Of a stretch of 64,000 nucleotides of DNA, positions 32,658-39,963 are shown in pieces. Where the stretch lies: the NCBI GenBank assembly GCA_020341815.1, contig CP070837.1, forward strand, positions 1,108,575 through 1,172,574. The letters are read 5' to 3'. The DNA is from Candidatus Omnitrophota bacterium. Its GTDB lineage: Bacteria; Omnitrophota; Gorgyraeia; JAFGHF01. A program made the position numbers and the translations under genes. Position 1 is the first letter of the stretch, and the number at the start of each line of letters is the position of its first letter. The notes beneath the pieces are model-generated. The model was not told the DNA's origin. It searched no databases and saw nothing but the letters and a program-made list of their open reading frames with translations.

Positions 32658-34244
32658 ATGAAACTAAGCCCGGAAATAAAGGCTTTTATTGATGATCAAA
32701 TCAGAACTAAGAAACCATCCCTTACTTACAACAAATTAAGGCAAAAGGTGGCCCAGAGATACAATGTGCGTATCTCCAAGGCAACAATCAGTAAAAGGGC
32801 CAGTGCCTTAAATGTCCGGTTTCGGCCGGGTCGCAGGCGTGCAGGTACCGTTGAGAAGCGGCCGGCGCACAGCACGGCCTTAGACTGCGCCGGGGGCTTT
32901 TTCCTGAAGGGCGCAGAGCTGGAAATAGGCCTATTATCCGCCCTAAATAACTCACTTAAGGTGCGCAGCGATTCCGGGCAGGCTCGACGGGTACTGATGC
33001 TTGCCCGGCAGCTTAACGCCATATTGCTATATGCGCCTGTATTTGGCCTTAAAACCGTGGGTGAAATTGCCTCTTATCAAGGGCAGGGCCTGCTTTACCT
33101 TGCCGAGCAAAAGGATATCCCCGCTGAGAAGGAAATCGAGCAATATCTGCAATTCCTGATTAAACAAAAGTTGTTACTGCCTGCCATTAAGGAAGTTACA
33201 AGGATTTCTCAGGAGGCCCTGTTTGTGTATGCAGAGCTTGCCGGCCGAAAGTTCTATCTGGATGCCCAGTTGCGCTCAGTCTGGCCAAAGCCGAAAATCC
33301 CCCAATATTTTACTGCAACTCTAAATAAGACAAGTAGTTACGTCAAAGATATCTTCCAAAACCCTTCCCCGCAGCAACCGCTGATCTTACAGGCTTGTCC
33401 GGGTTATGCCTTTTTGCCCGGAGAGATGTTCGACCTAATCCAGTGCTTTGAAGAGGCCGGCGAGAAGCCCATTTTACGCCTTGTTATTGGGGGTAAGGCC
33501 GGAGAAGTCCTCAACTGTTGGGAGAGCCTTAAGCCAGGGCAAAAATGCTACTTTTTGGCTCCGTTAAGCCCCTGGCAGTATGCAAAGCTCCAGGGCAGCA
33601 AAATCATCAAAGATTTTAAGCCGTATCTCATTGGGCCGCAGAAAGAGCCGATGTCTGTGGCAGAGGCAGAAGTAAACCTCTTTAATCCACAACTCAATGA
33701 AAACGTTAGAGTTAGGGCAGCAATGGTAAGGAGGCAGGGGGAGCGCCTGGTGTTGGTTACCAATATTTCTCGCCGCGAAGAGCGCTATATCCGCAGGATA
33801 GTTGAAGCCTATTTCTGCCGCTGGCCAAACAGGAAAATGCCCAGCTATTACGACCTGTTAGAGCAGGGGCATGAAGAAGTGCTGGCCCGTTCAGACAAAC
33901 TCTATCGCACAACTCCTTTATTGACAATTGGTTACGACAAAGATGTCCTGAACGGATTTAGGTATCTCCTTGCGCAGCTTAATCGTTATGCCCAGGAACA
34001 CTTTTTCCCGTCGGAGTACAGGAAAGAGGACTTAGACTCTATGTGCAAGAAGTTTTACCGCCAGGATGGATACCTGAAAATGAAACAAGATTGCTGCGAG
34101 GTAACCCTGCGCTCTTTCGCGCAAGATGTCCTTCAGGAGGCCGTTCAGATTGCCCGCCAAAAAATCAATCAAAACGGCATAAAATTCCCTGCCTCGCGGC
34201 AAGGCGGGCCTACCCAGACCCAACCCCAGCTACGTATAAAATAA
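32658..34244 (+). CDS. Hypothetical 528-aa protein with N-terminal HTH; possible regulator or degenerate transposase-like protein
   Basis: N-terminal ...LTYNKLRQKVAQRYNVRISKATISKRA is HTH-like. The C-terminal Y..RW fragment is reminiscent of DDE transposases, but it is incomplete. Confidence 0.3.
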   Translation: MKLSPEIKAFIDDQIRTKKPSLTYNKLRQKVAQRYNVRISKATISKRASALNVRFRPGRRRAGTVEKRPAHSTALDCAGGFFLKGAELEIGLLSALNNSLKVRSDSGQARRVLMLARQLNAILLYAPVFGLKTVGEIASYQGQGLLYLAEQKDIPAEKEIEQYLQFLIKQKLLLPAIKEVTRISQEALFVYAELAGRKFYLDAQLRSVWPKPKIPQYFTATLNKTSSYVKDIFQNPSPQQPLILQACPGYAFLPGEMFDLIQCFEEAGEKPILRLVIGGKAGEVLNCWESLKPGQKCYFLAPLSPWQYAKLQGSKIIKDFKPYLIGPQKEPMSVAEAEVNLFNPQLNENVRVRAAMVRRQGERLVLVTNISRREERYIRRIVEAYFCRWPNRKMPSYYDLLEQGHEEVLARSDKLYRTTPLLTIGYDKDVLNGFRYLLAQLNRYAQEHFFPSEYRKEDLDSMCKKFYRQDGYLKMKQDCCEVTLRSFAQDVLQEAVQIARQKINQNGIKFPASRQGGPTQTQPQLRIK

Positions 34245-34272
34245 GCATGCCTGCCTCGCCCTCAGGCGGGCC

Positions 34273-34311
34273 TGTTAAGAGTTACAAAAGGTGTGTTAAG
34301 CGTTACAAAAG
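34273..34311 (+). repeat. Tandem 21-bp direct repeat (tgttaagAgttacaaaag / tgttaagCgttacaaaag)
   Basis: Seen directly. Candidate protein-binding site upstream of the flp promoter. Confidence 0.6.
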
Positions 34312-34325
34312 TCAGTTTTTCTCCC

Positions 34326-34354
34326 TTGCCAAATCCCCCTTGATATGCTATACT
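34326..34354 (+). promoter_or_regulatory. sigma70-like promoter TTGCCA-17bp-TATACT for flp leader/array
   Basis: TTGCCA at 34326-34331 and TATACT at 34349-34354. Confidence 0.5.
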
Positions 34355-34360
34355 TAGGGT

Positions 34361-34500
34361 GCAGGTAAACAAGGTTACTCGAAAACGCAACCTCGCACTA
34401 ATTTTTCAAAAAATTAGTGCTGGGGCGCAAAGCCACGGGCCCCGAGATTTTGGGGCAGCCGGGCTGCCGAAAGTAACGGCGGTCCGGCTTTTTATTTGAG
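34361..34500 (+). ncRNA. Candidate structured leader / riboswitch-like element (multiple hairpins, GGGGCGCAAAGCC motif, ends in T-tract)
   Basis: Hairpins gcactaattttt/aaaattagtgc (34395-34420), gccccgagattttggggc and ggcagccgggctgcc, then ccggcTTTTTATTT (34485-34497). The GGGGCGCAAAGCCaCGGGcC stretch resembles the c-di-GMP-I (GEMM) GGGACGCAAAGCC core. Confidence 0.3.
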
Positions 34501-34601
34501 GAATTATTAAGACTTTTAAAAAGTAATTATAAAGAGGCGGCAAAATGACAACAAATGGTGCAACAAAAAACCTGCATAGCAAAAAATTGAGGGTAAGATC
34601 A

Positions 34602-34637
34602 GCAGACCTTTCTAATAAGGGGTCTGCTTTTTTATTT
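34602..34637 (+). terminator. Terminator/attenuator hairpin (gcagacc...ggtctgc + TTTTTTATTTT) immediately upstream of flp1
   Basis: 7-bp stem at 34602-34608 pairs with 34621-34627, followed by a T-run at 34628-34637. Confidence 0.55.
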
Positions 34638-34667
34638 TCGTTTTCCATAAATCAGGGAGGCGGTAAA

Positions 34668-34847
34668 ATGAGGCGGCTACTTAAGAGAGGTCAGAGTGTA
34701 TTGGAATACGTTCTGGTCTTGAGCGCGATTGTCGCGGCTATCCTGGCAGTAGCATCTACAATAAAAGGTAATGTAAAAAGTTCTGTAGAGCATGCAGCCG
34801 GGGAAATGTACGATGTTATAGACACAAGATTTCTACCGCAAAAATAA
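34668..34847 (+). CDS. flp: Flp-family type IVb pilin 1
   Basis: MRRLLKRGQSVLEYVLVLSAIVAAILAV is a class III signal peptide with the G/xxxxEY motif and a hydrophobic helix. RBS GGGAGG. Confidence 0.75.
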   Translation: MRRLLKRGQSVLEYVLVLSAIVAAILAVASTIKGNVKSSVEHAAGEMYDVIDTRFLPQK

Positions 34848-34881
34848 TTGCAATAAAGGGAAAGGATGCAGGAGGAATAAA

Positions 34882-35055
34882 ATGAGGCGGCTAAATAAAA
34901 GAGGACAGAGCATATTGGAATACGTGATAATTTTGACTGCGATTATTGCAGGCATTATTTTGGCAACGCCGGAAGTGAAAACTAAGGTTACAGATCTTCT
35001 GACAAGAGCAGGCAACAGAATGCAAACTGAAGTAACAACAAAATTGAATTTTTAA
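34882..35055 (+). CDS. flp: Flp-family pilin 2 (57 aa; below ORF-track cutoff)
   Basis: MRRLNKRGQSILEYVIILTAIIAGIILA... found by manual translation. RBS AGGAGG. Confidence 0.7.
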   Translation: MRRLNKRGQSILEYVIILTAIIAGIILATPEVKTKVTDLLTRAGNRMQTEVTTKLNF

Positions 35056-35074
35056 TGATTGCAGGAGGAATAAA

Positions 35075-35422
35075 ATGAGGCGGCTAAATAAAAGAGGACA
35101 GAGTACCGGAGAATATGCAATAGTTATCGGCTTGATTGTTGCCGCAGCAATTGCCATGCAGACCTATGTAAAAAGAGGAATGCAGGGAAAGATAAGGAAA
35201 GCCGTAGATAATATCAGTGAAGCCACCCGAGGCACAACCTTGCAATATGAGCCTTACTATTCCCACTCGGACTTTGAAACCAACACTCAGGAATATACAA
35301 TGACAGAAGCAACCACAGAGGGTGGAGGCTATGAGAAGCACATGGGTGAGGCGGGAGGATCAACAAAAACATCTCATCGAACCGGAACTCGAGGCATCCG
35401 GGCTGCGTCTGAAGCAGATTAA
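35075..35422 (+). CDS. flp: Flp-family pilin 3 with extended C-terminal tail
   Basis: MRRLNKRGQSTGEYAIVIGLIVAAAIAMQTYVKRG... followed by a T/G/E-rich tail. Confidence 0.7.
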   Translation: MRRLNKRGQSTGEYAIVIGLIVAAAIAMQTYVKRGMQGKIRKAVDNISEATRGTTLQYEPYYSHSDFETNTQEYTMTEATTEGGGYEKHMGEAGGSTKTSHRTGTRGIRAASEAD

Positions 35423-35454
35423 TTGAAACACACAAAGACATAACGAGGTGAAAA

Positions 35455-35805
35455 ATGAGGCGGCTAAATAAAAGAGGACAAAATACTATAGAATATGCAG
35501 TGCTTGTCGCTGTGGTGGTATCGGCTTTATTGGCAATCCAGACCTATTTAAACAGAGGGGTCAAGGGCAGGCTGAGAAGCTCCGTTGATAGCATAGGGCA
35601 GCAGTATTCTGCCGGGAATATGACCAGCTCCTCTACAACTACCGTTGCACCGCAAAAAAATGAGGAGGAATTTGGTACTGATACTTTAGGAAGAGGCTAT
35701 ACTAAGTCAAAAAGTACAGGCGGCACGACTACTGTACAGACTACAGGTGAGGGTGAGAAGACTACTTTGGGCTTGAGCGAAGAGACGTTATGGGAGGGAC
35801 AATAA
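35455..35805 (+). CDS. flp: Flp-family pilin 4 with extended Thr/Gly-rich tail
   Basis: MRRLNKRGQNTIEYAVLVAVVVSALLAIQTYLNRG... Confidence 0.7.
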   Translation: MRRLNKRGQNTIEYAVLVAVVVSALLAIQTYLNRGVKGRLRSSVDSIGQQYSAGNMTSSSTTTVAPQKNEEEFGTDTLGRGYTKSKSTGGTTTVQTTGEGEKTTLGLSEETLWEGQ

Positions 35806-36284
35806 TGAGGCGGCTAAATAAAAAAGGACAGAGCACGGCGGAATATGCGATAGTTATCGGTCTGATTATCGGCGCAGTAATTGGTATGCAGACCTATGTA
35901 AAAAGAGGGGTGCAGGCCAGAGTCAAAGACGCTGTTGATGGTTTTGCTACTCGCGCAGACCATAAGGCTAATTTCGGCGCCGGGGATATTAGTTATAACT
36001 TTACTGACTATAAAAATGCCCAGATTGGAGAAACTGCGCAGGGAGACGTAAAATACTTAAAATCAAGAGACACCACCAGCACCATTGGAACCGGCACTAC
36101 TGCAACCGAGCAGATGGAAAAAGGCGGAAAGGTAACAAGGACATCAACGACAATCCAGACTCGGGAAGTGGATGAAACCTATGATTACCAGAAAGTCCTA
36201 AGAGGACAAGCAGCAGGAGGAGGACAAGCAGGAGCAGGAGCAGGACAAACAGGAGAGCAAACAGGAGGAGGAGGAGGAGGATAA
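35805..36284 (+). CDS. flp: Flp-family pilin 5 with long tail ending in Gly/Gln/Ala low-complexity
   Basis: MRRLNKKGQSTAEYAIVIGLIIGAVIGMQTYVKRG... and a C-terminal GGGQAGAGAGQTGEQTGGGGGG. The ATG overlaps the flp4 stop (taATG). Confidence 0.7.
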   Translation: MRRLNKKGQSTAEYAIVIGLIIGAVIGMQTYVKRGVQARVKDAVDGFATRADHKANFGAGDISYNFTDYKNAQIGETAQGDVKYLKSRDTTSTIGTGTTATEQMEKGGKVTRTSTTIQTREVDETYDYQKVLRGQAAGGGQAGAGAGQTGEQTGGGGGG

Positions 36285-36289
36285 TAAAG

Positions 36290-36652
36290 ATGCGCTGGTT
36301 ATCTAGTAAAAAAGGACAAAATACGTTGGAATACGCTCTTCTTATAGCTACGGTCGTTGGTGCCGTTGTGGGTATGCAGATTTATGCTAAAAGAGGGGTT
36401 GAGGGAAAGCTGAAAAGCGCCACGGATGATATCGGCGCGCAGTTTGACCCCTTGAATACAGCGTACAGCTGGACCAATACACAAGAAAGCACAACGAAAA
36501 CGGTAACCAATGCCAGTGGCGTTAGCAATACCTATATGGGCGTTCCGGGTGGTGGCGTGCAAGAAACAACTACAAGAAGCGGCTATGAGAGCGTTAGCCC
36601 GTGGCGAGTACAGCCAGAGCCACAGACAGAGACAAAGCCACCGCAGAAATAA
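36290..36652 (+). CDS. flp: Flp-family pilin 6
   Basis: MRWLSSKKGQNTLEYALLIATVVGAVVGMQIYAKRG... Confidence 0.65.
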   Translation: MRWLSSKKGQNTLEYALLIATVVGAVVGMQIYAKRGVEGKLKSATDDIGAQFDPLNTAYSWTNTQESTTKTVTNASGVSNTYMGVPGGGVQETTTRSGYESVSPWRVQPEPQTETKPPQK

Positions 36653-36692
36653 ACTATCTATATTGTTTTGAATAGATGAGGTATTTATTAAA

Positions 36693-36848
36693 ATGTTTAC
36701 CGACGGACAGAGCGTAGTAGAATATATGGTTTTATTTGCGATAGTTGCTGCCTTTACTTTGCTGAGCGTATGCAGTTTATTTCCTCCCCTGAGGCAAAGT
36801 TGCCAGATCGCTTTTCAAGGCGCAATGGAGGAGATCTTAGAATGCGAA
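36693..36848 (+). CDS. Small Flp-like protein 7 (51 aa, divergent N-terminus MFTDGQSVVEY...)
   Basis: Found by manual translation. It has the GQSVVEY motif and a hydrophobic helix, and is Cys-rich. Confidence 0.4.
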
Positions 36849-36997
36849 TAAATCACCGCGCGCAAACCACATTGGAATATGCGATTTTAATTGCCGTTGT
36901 CGCAGCCGCATGTGCGGCAATGACTACTTATGTGCAGCGGGCGGTGCGGGCCAATCTGAAAGTGATTGAGGAGCAGATAAATGCAGAACCCGATTAA
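36842..36997 (+). CDS. flp: Flp-family pilin 8 (51 aa)
   Basis: MRINHRAQTTLEYAILIAVVAAACAAMTTYVQRAV... The ORF track's longer 36770 start is probably a spurious extension. Confidence 0.6.
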   Translation: MRINHRAQTTLEYAILIAVVAAACAAMTTYVQRAVRANLKVIEEQINAEPD

Positions 36998-37046
36998 TTA
37001 TTATAATATATTATTAAGGCTCTATATAGTCAGGATAATAGGCAGG

Positions 37047-37496
37047 ATGAATATAAGAAATAAGGGACAGGTTCTTCTAAGAACCGGCGGGCAGGTATTG
37101 CTGGAATACGGCCTTATTTTAGTTTTAATAGCAACTACTATAATTGGCATACAATTATATGTTAGAAGAGGCTTGCAGGCCAGGCTCAAAGACGCAGTTG
37201 ATGGGACAATCGAAAGGATTTATATAACCGCCAAATCCAAGCCTAAGGTAGAATTGCCTACCGGTGAGATACCCCCTATTGTTATTTATTCCCCAGCAGA
37301 TCTTCAATACGAACCTTATTATGAGCAGTCAGATATTACCACCACAAGCAACTCCAACATTACCAATTCTTATTCGCCCGGTGGAGCAAGCAGTAAAGCG
37401 ATAGAGAGTGAGAAAACTATGCGCACAGGCAGCCGTCTTGAGTTGCCTTATTCAGATAAGGCAGGCCCGCCTACCAGCGGCGAGGCAGGAGAATAA
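37047..37496 (+). CDS. flp: Flp-family pilin 9 with extended tail (start uncertain, 36981 possible)
   Basis: MNIRNKGQVLLRTGGQVLLEYGLILVLIATTIIGIQLYVRRGLQARLKDAVDG... Confidence 0.55.
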   Translation: MNIRNKGQVLLRTGGQVLLEYGLILVLIATTIIGIQLYVRRGLQARLKDAVDGTIERIYITAKSKPKVELPTGEIPPIVIYSPADLQYEPYYEQSDITTTSNSNITNSYSPGGASSKAIESEKTMRTGSRLELPYSDKAGPPTSGEAGE

Positions 37497-37497
37497 A

Positions 37498-38013
37498 ATG
37501 GGTAAATTAATTTCATCCAAGAGAGCTCAGGCTGTTTTAGAATATGCAGTTGTTTTGGGTATTGTTGCCCTGGCCCTGGGGATGATGCAGGTATATCTGA
37601 TGCGGGGCATTCAGGCCGGGGTTAAGATTGCCGCGGACGAAATAGGCCTGCAGGAGGATTCGGTAGAGTTGTCTGTGGAATTGAACTCGGCAAAGGAATT
37701 GGATTCGGCAAAGGAATTCGATGTCGCTGAAGTCAACAAGCAGAGATCCGTAGTGCGCAGCGAAAGTGCCAGCACGCACACTATTACGCATGGCGCCGGT
37801 GGCGGCCAGACAGCAGCAGAAACTTATAGTAATGAAATTATCAAAGTGGATGAAACTAATCCCAGTTGCAGCAAATCCTGGTATGGTTGGAGGAAGAAGC
37901 ACGAAAAGCCGGATGAGGCCGAAACTTCTTTGACGGTATTGGGTCCGGGAGGATCCCCGGATACGCCGTTTTCCGGAGAGGCCTACTCTCCCGATAAAGA
38001 ATACGGGGAATAA
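37498..38013 (+). CDS. flp: Flp-family pilin 10 with extended tail and internal short repeat
   Basis: MGKLISSKRAQAVLEYAVVLGIVALALGMMQVYLMRG... with an ELNSAKELDSAKEFD repeat at 37679-37722. Confidence 0.6.
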   Translation: MGKLISSKRAQAVLEYAVVLGIVALALGMMQVYLMRGIQAGVKIAADEIGLQEDSVELSVELNSAKELDSAKEFDVAEVNKQRSVVRSESASTHTITHGAGGGQTAAETYSNEIIKVDETNPSCSKSWYGWRKKHEKPDEAETSLTVLGPGGSPDTPFSGEAYSPDKEYGE

Positions 38014-38014
38014 A

Positions 38015-38371
38015 ATGTTAACAGGACTGATGAAGAAAAAAGCTCAAACCTTACTTGAATATGCGCTGGTAATAGCCTGCGTTGCGGCAGCTTTAATGGC
38101 AATGCAGTTTTATGTCAAGCGCGCTGTGCAGGGAAGGCTGCGCACTGCCGCCGACCAGATTGGCGAGCAATATGAGCCGGGTGACGTAACAGGCGGCTTT
38201 ACCGTAACAGTAGACAGGGATATTACTACAAATGTAGAGCCGGAGCAGGAATTAATCATAGAAGGTGAAGATGGATATGCGACGCTTAGGACGGATACAT
38301 TTACCAAAGATGAGTTTGAGCGCACAGGCACAGAAACCCTGGGCGCATTCGGCTCATCGCTTTGGGAATAA
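38015..38371 (+). CDS. flp: Flp-family pilin 11
   Basis: MLTGLMKKKAQTLLEYALVIACVAAALMAMQFYVKRAVQG... Confidence 0.65.
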   Translation: MLTGLMKKKAQTLLEYALVIACVAAALMAMQFYVKRAVQGRLRTAADQIGEQYEPGDVTGGFTVTVDRDITTNVEPEQELIIEGEDGYATLRTDTFTKDEFERTGTETLGAFGSSLWE

Positions 38372-39719
38372 GAAAGCACAGTCATTGGTAGAATTGGCTA
38401 CTTTTGGCACGGTGCTGCTTTTTGCCCTGACCCTGCTTTTGCGCTACGGGATGAGTGCCAATCAGCAGCAGAATATGAGAATGCAGACTTTCCGCAAGGC
38501 CTTTGTCCGCGCGCGTTCTTATGATTATAAAGCTCGTTATTCGCGCTATTCCGAGGGAGATAAAAATGATCCGCTTTTTCAATTTCATCAGAGTGATATC
38601 TGGTGGCAGCAGGCAATAGCAGCGCAAAACCCCATGAATTTCGTTTCTTCGGATGAATGTTTAGACCCGGGCTGGGAATACGAAAATAAGATTTTAACCG
38701 ACAGCGGCGAATTGGTCAATCCGCCCCTGCCCAGCAATCACTGGCGCACCGTAAATTACGCAGTAGTTGAAGACAAGCCTGTTTTTTCCGCTTCGGGGAT
38801 TTTGCCCATTGCCGAGCGTGCTCCGGCGATGGCGATTACGGAGGCCACCTGCAGCATCGATCTGTTTATGAATCCAGGCTATGGCGACAAAAGGGCCCTG
38901 TCGCGCGCAGAATATGAAATTAACGGCAAGAGATATTCTTTTACCGCAGCCGGGTACAAGGAAGTTACGCTGACTAACGGCAAACTTGAAAACGGAAGCC
39001 CTATTATCATAAAAGAGGACATTGAGGATTGGAACGGACAAGGCAAATGCTGGAGACCGAAAGAGGTAAAAGTCCTTAAGGCAGGAGACATCGCAAATGT
39101 GGATGACGACCCTTATGAGGAAACCGTCATGGAAGCCAAGACAAGTGTTCTTGAAGTAATTGACGATGAGGGTAATCAGGTAAAAGTAGTAAATTCTGAA
39201 AAAAATATTATTGAACTCTACTTCAGCATTGACTATGTGGATGAGAACGGGTCTTACGCCGGGACTGGACACCGTAAAGGCAGATATACGCTTAGTGAGG
39301 AAGAGATAGGTGCAGCTGCGAAAGACTTTATAGAAATTAATGTATGCCTTGGCAGCGTTTATGATGGCGCCGATGCCGATGAGAAGTATATGTATAGAAA
39401 AGAAAAAATAAAGGTTATTGGATGGAAAAATGAATTAAAGGTGCTGGACCAGCAAGAGGGTGAGGTTTTCGCAGAAAGAATTAACCCTATAACAGGCGAA
39501 GAGGAAAAAGGCGGGCTCTTGGGCAGTTACAATAAAAAAACAGAAGTGAACGCATCTACTTTGGAGCGCAAAGAGAACGCTTTGGGCATCGAGACCATCG
39601 AAGATATCAATGCCCGGGAAATATTCAACCGCACAATTAAAACCCGAGATGGAGATCACAATGTACAGAGCAGCTTCTCCACACAAAAAACAACGACCTG
39701 GGATACGCCCCATAAATAA
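38265..39719 (+). CDS. TadE-like pseudopilin with large C-terminal domain (start uncertain; overlaps flp11 3' end)
   Basis: ...GNKKAQSLVELATFGTVLLFALTLLLRYG is a TadE-like N-terminal domain. No in-frame ATG lies downstream of 38310, so the gene must overlap the flp11 3' end. Confidence 0.5.
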   Translation: MKMDMRRLGRIHLPKMSLSAQAQKPWAHSAHRFGNKKAQSLVELATFGTVLLFALTLLLRYGMSANQQQNMRMQTFRKAFVRARSYDYKARYSRYSEGDKNDPLFQFHQSDIWWQQAIAAQNPMNFVSSDECLDPGWEYENKILTDSGELVNPPLPSNHWRTVNYAVVEDKPVFSASGILPIAERAPAMAITEATCSIDLFMNPGYGDKRALSRAEYEINGKRYSFTAAGYKEVTLTNGKLENGSPIIIKEDIEDWNGQGKCWRPKEVKVLKAGDIANVDDDPYEETVMEAKTSVLEVIDDEGNQVKVVNSEKNIIELYFSIDYVDENGSYAGTGHRKGRYTLSEEEIGAAAKDFIEINVCLGSVYDGADADEKYMYRKEKIKVIGWKNELKVLDQQEGEVFAERINPITGEEEKGGLLGSYNKKTEVNASTLERKENALGIETIEDINAREIFNRTIKTRDGDHNVQSSFSTQKTTTWDTPHK

Positions 39720-39963
39720 GTCGAGGGCTCAGGCGACAATAGAGGCAACAATATCCATCATTGCCGTGTTTATCTTTCTTCTGGGGGCAATGCAGATCTT
39801 TCTCTGGATGAACCGCAATATTATTGACCGGCAGAAGGCCTATCAGGAAAGCAGGCTGTCATTGGGCGATTTCACAAGGAAGCCGGGAAAAAATGACGAA
39901 ATAAAGTCAATAGATTTTTACCAGCCTACAGAGTTCTCTGTTTTTTCGCAAGAGGGTGAATAA
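39661..39963 (+). CDS. TadE-like protein (start uncertain; overlaps upstream gene)
   Basis: ...SRAQATIEATISIIAVFIFLLGAMQIFLWMN is a TadE-family N-terminal motif. Confidence 0.5.
   Translation: MYRAASPHKKQRPGIRPINKSRAQATIEATISIIAVFIFLLGAMQIFLWMNRNIIDRQKAYQESRLSLGDFTRKPGKNDEIKSIDFYQPTEFSVFSQEGE

Noticed and set aside
32658-34244. IS element / transposase call
   Set aside because: No terminal inverted repeats flank the gene. The rc of the upstream 31-mer was not found downstream, there is no clear DDE triad by eye and there is only a partial Y..RW motif. Kept as hypothetical HTH protein.
36770-36841. Longer 75-aa version of flp8 starting at 36770
   Set aside because: The N-terminal extension (MQFISSPEAKLPDRFSRRNGGDLR) overlaps the flp7 coding sequence in another frame. 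The internal ATG at 36842 gives a canonical Flp N-terminus with RBS.
38694-39272. 192-aa minus-strand ORF
   Set aside because: Antisense to the TadE-like large gene, with no features.
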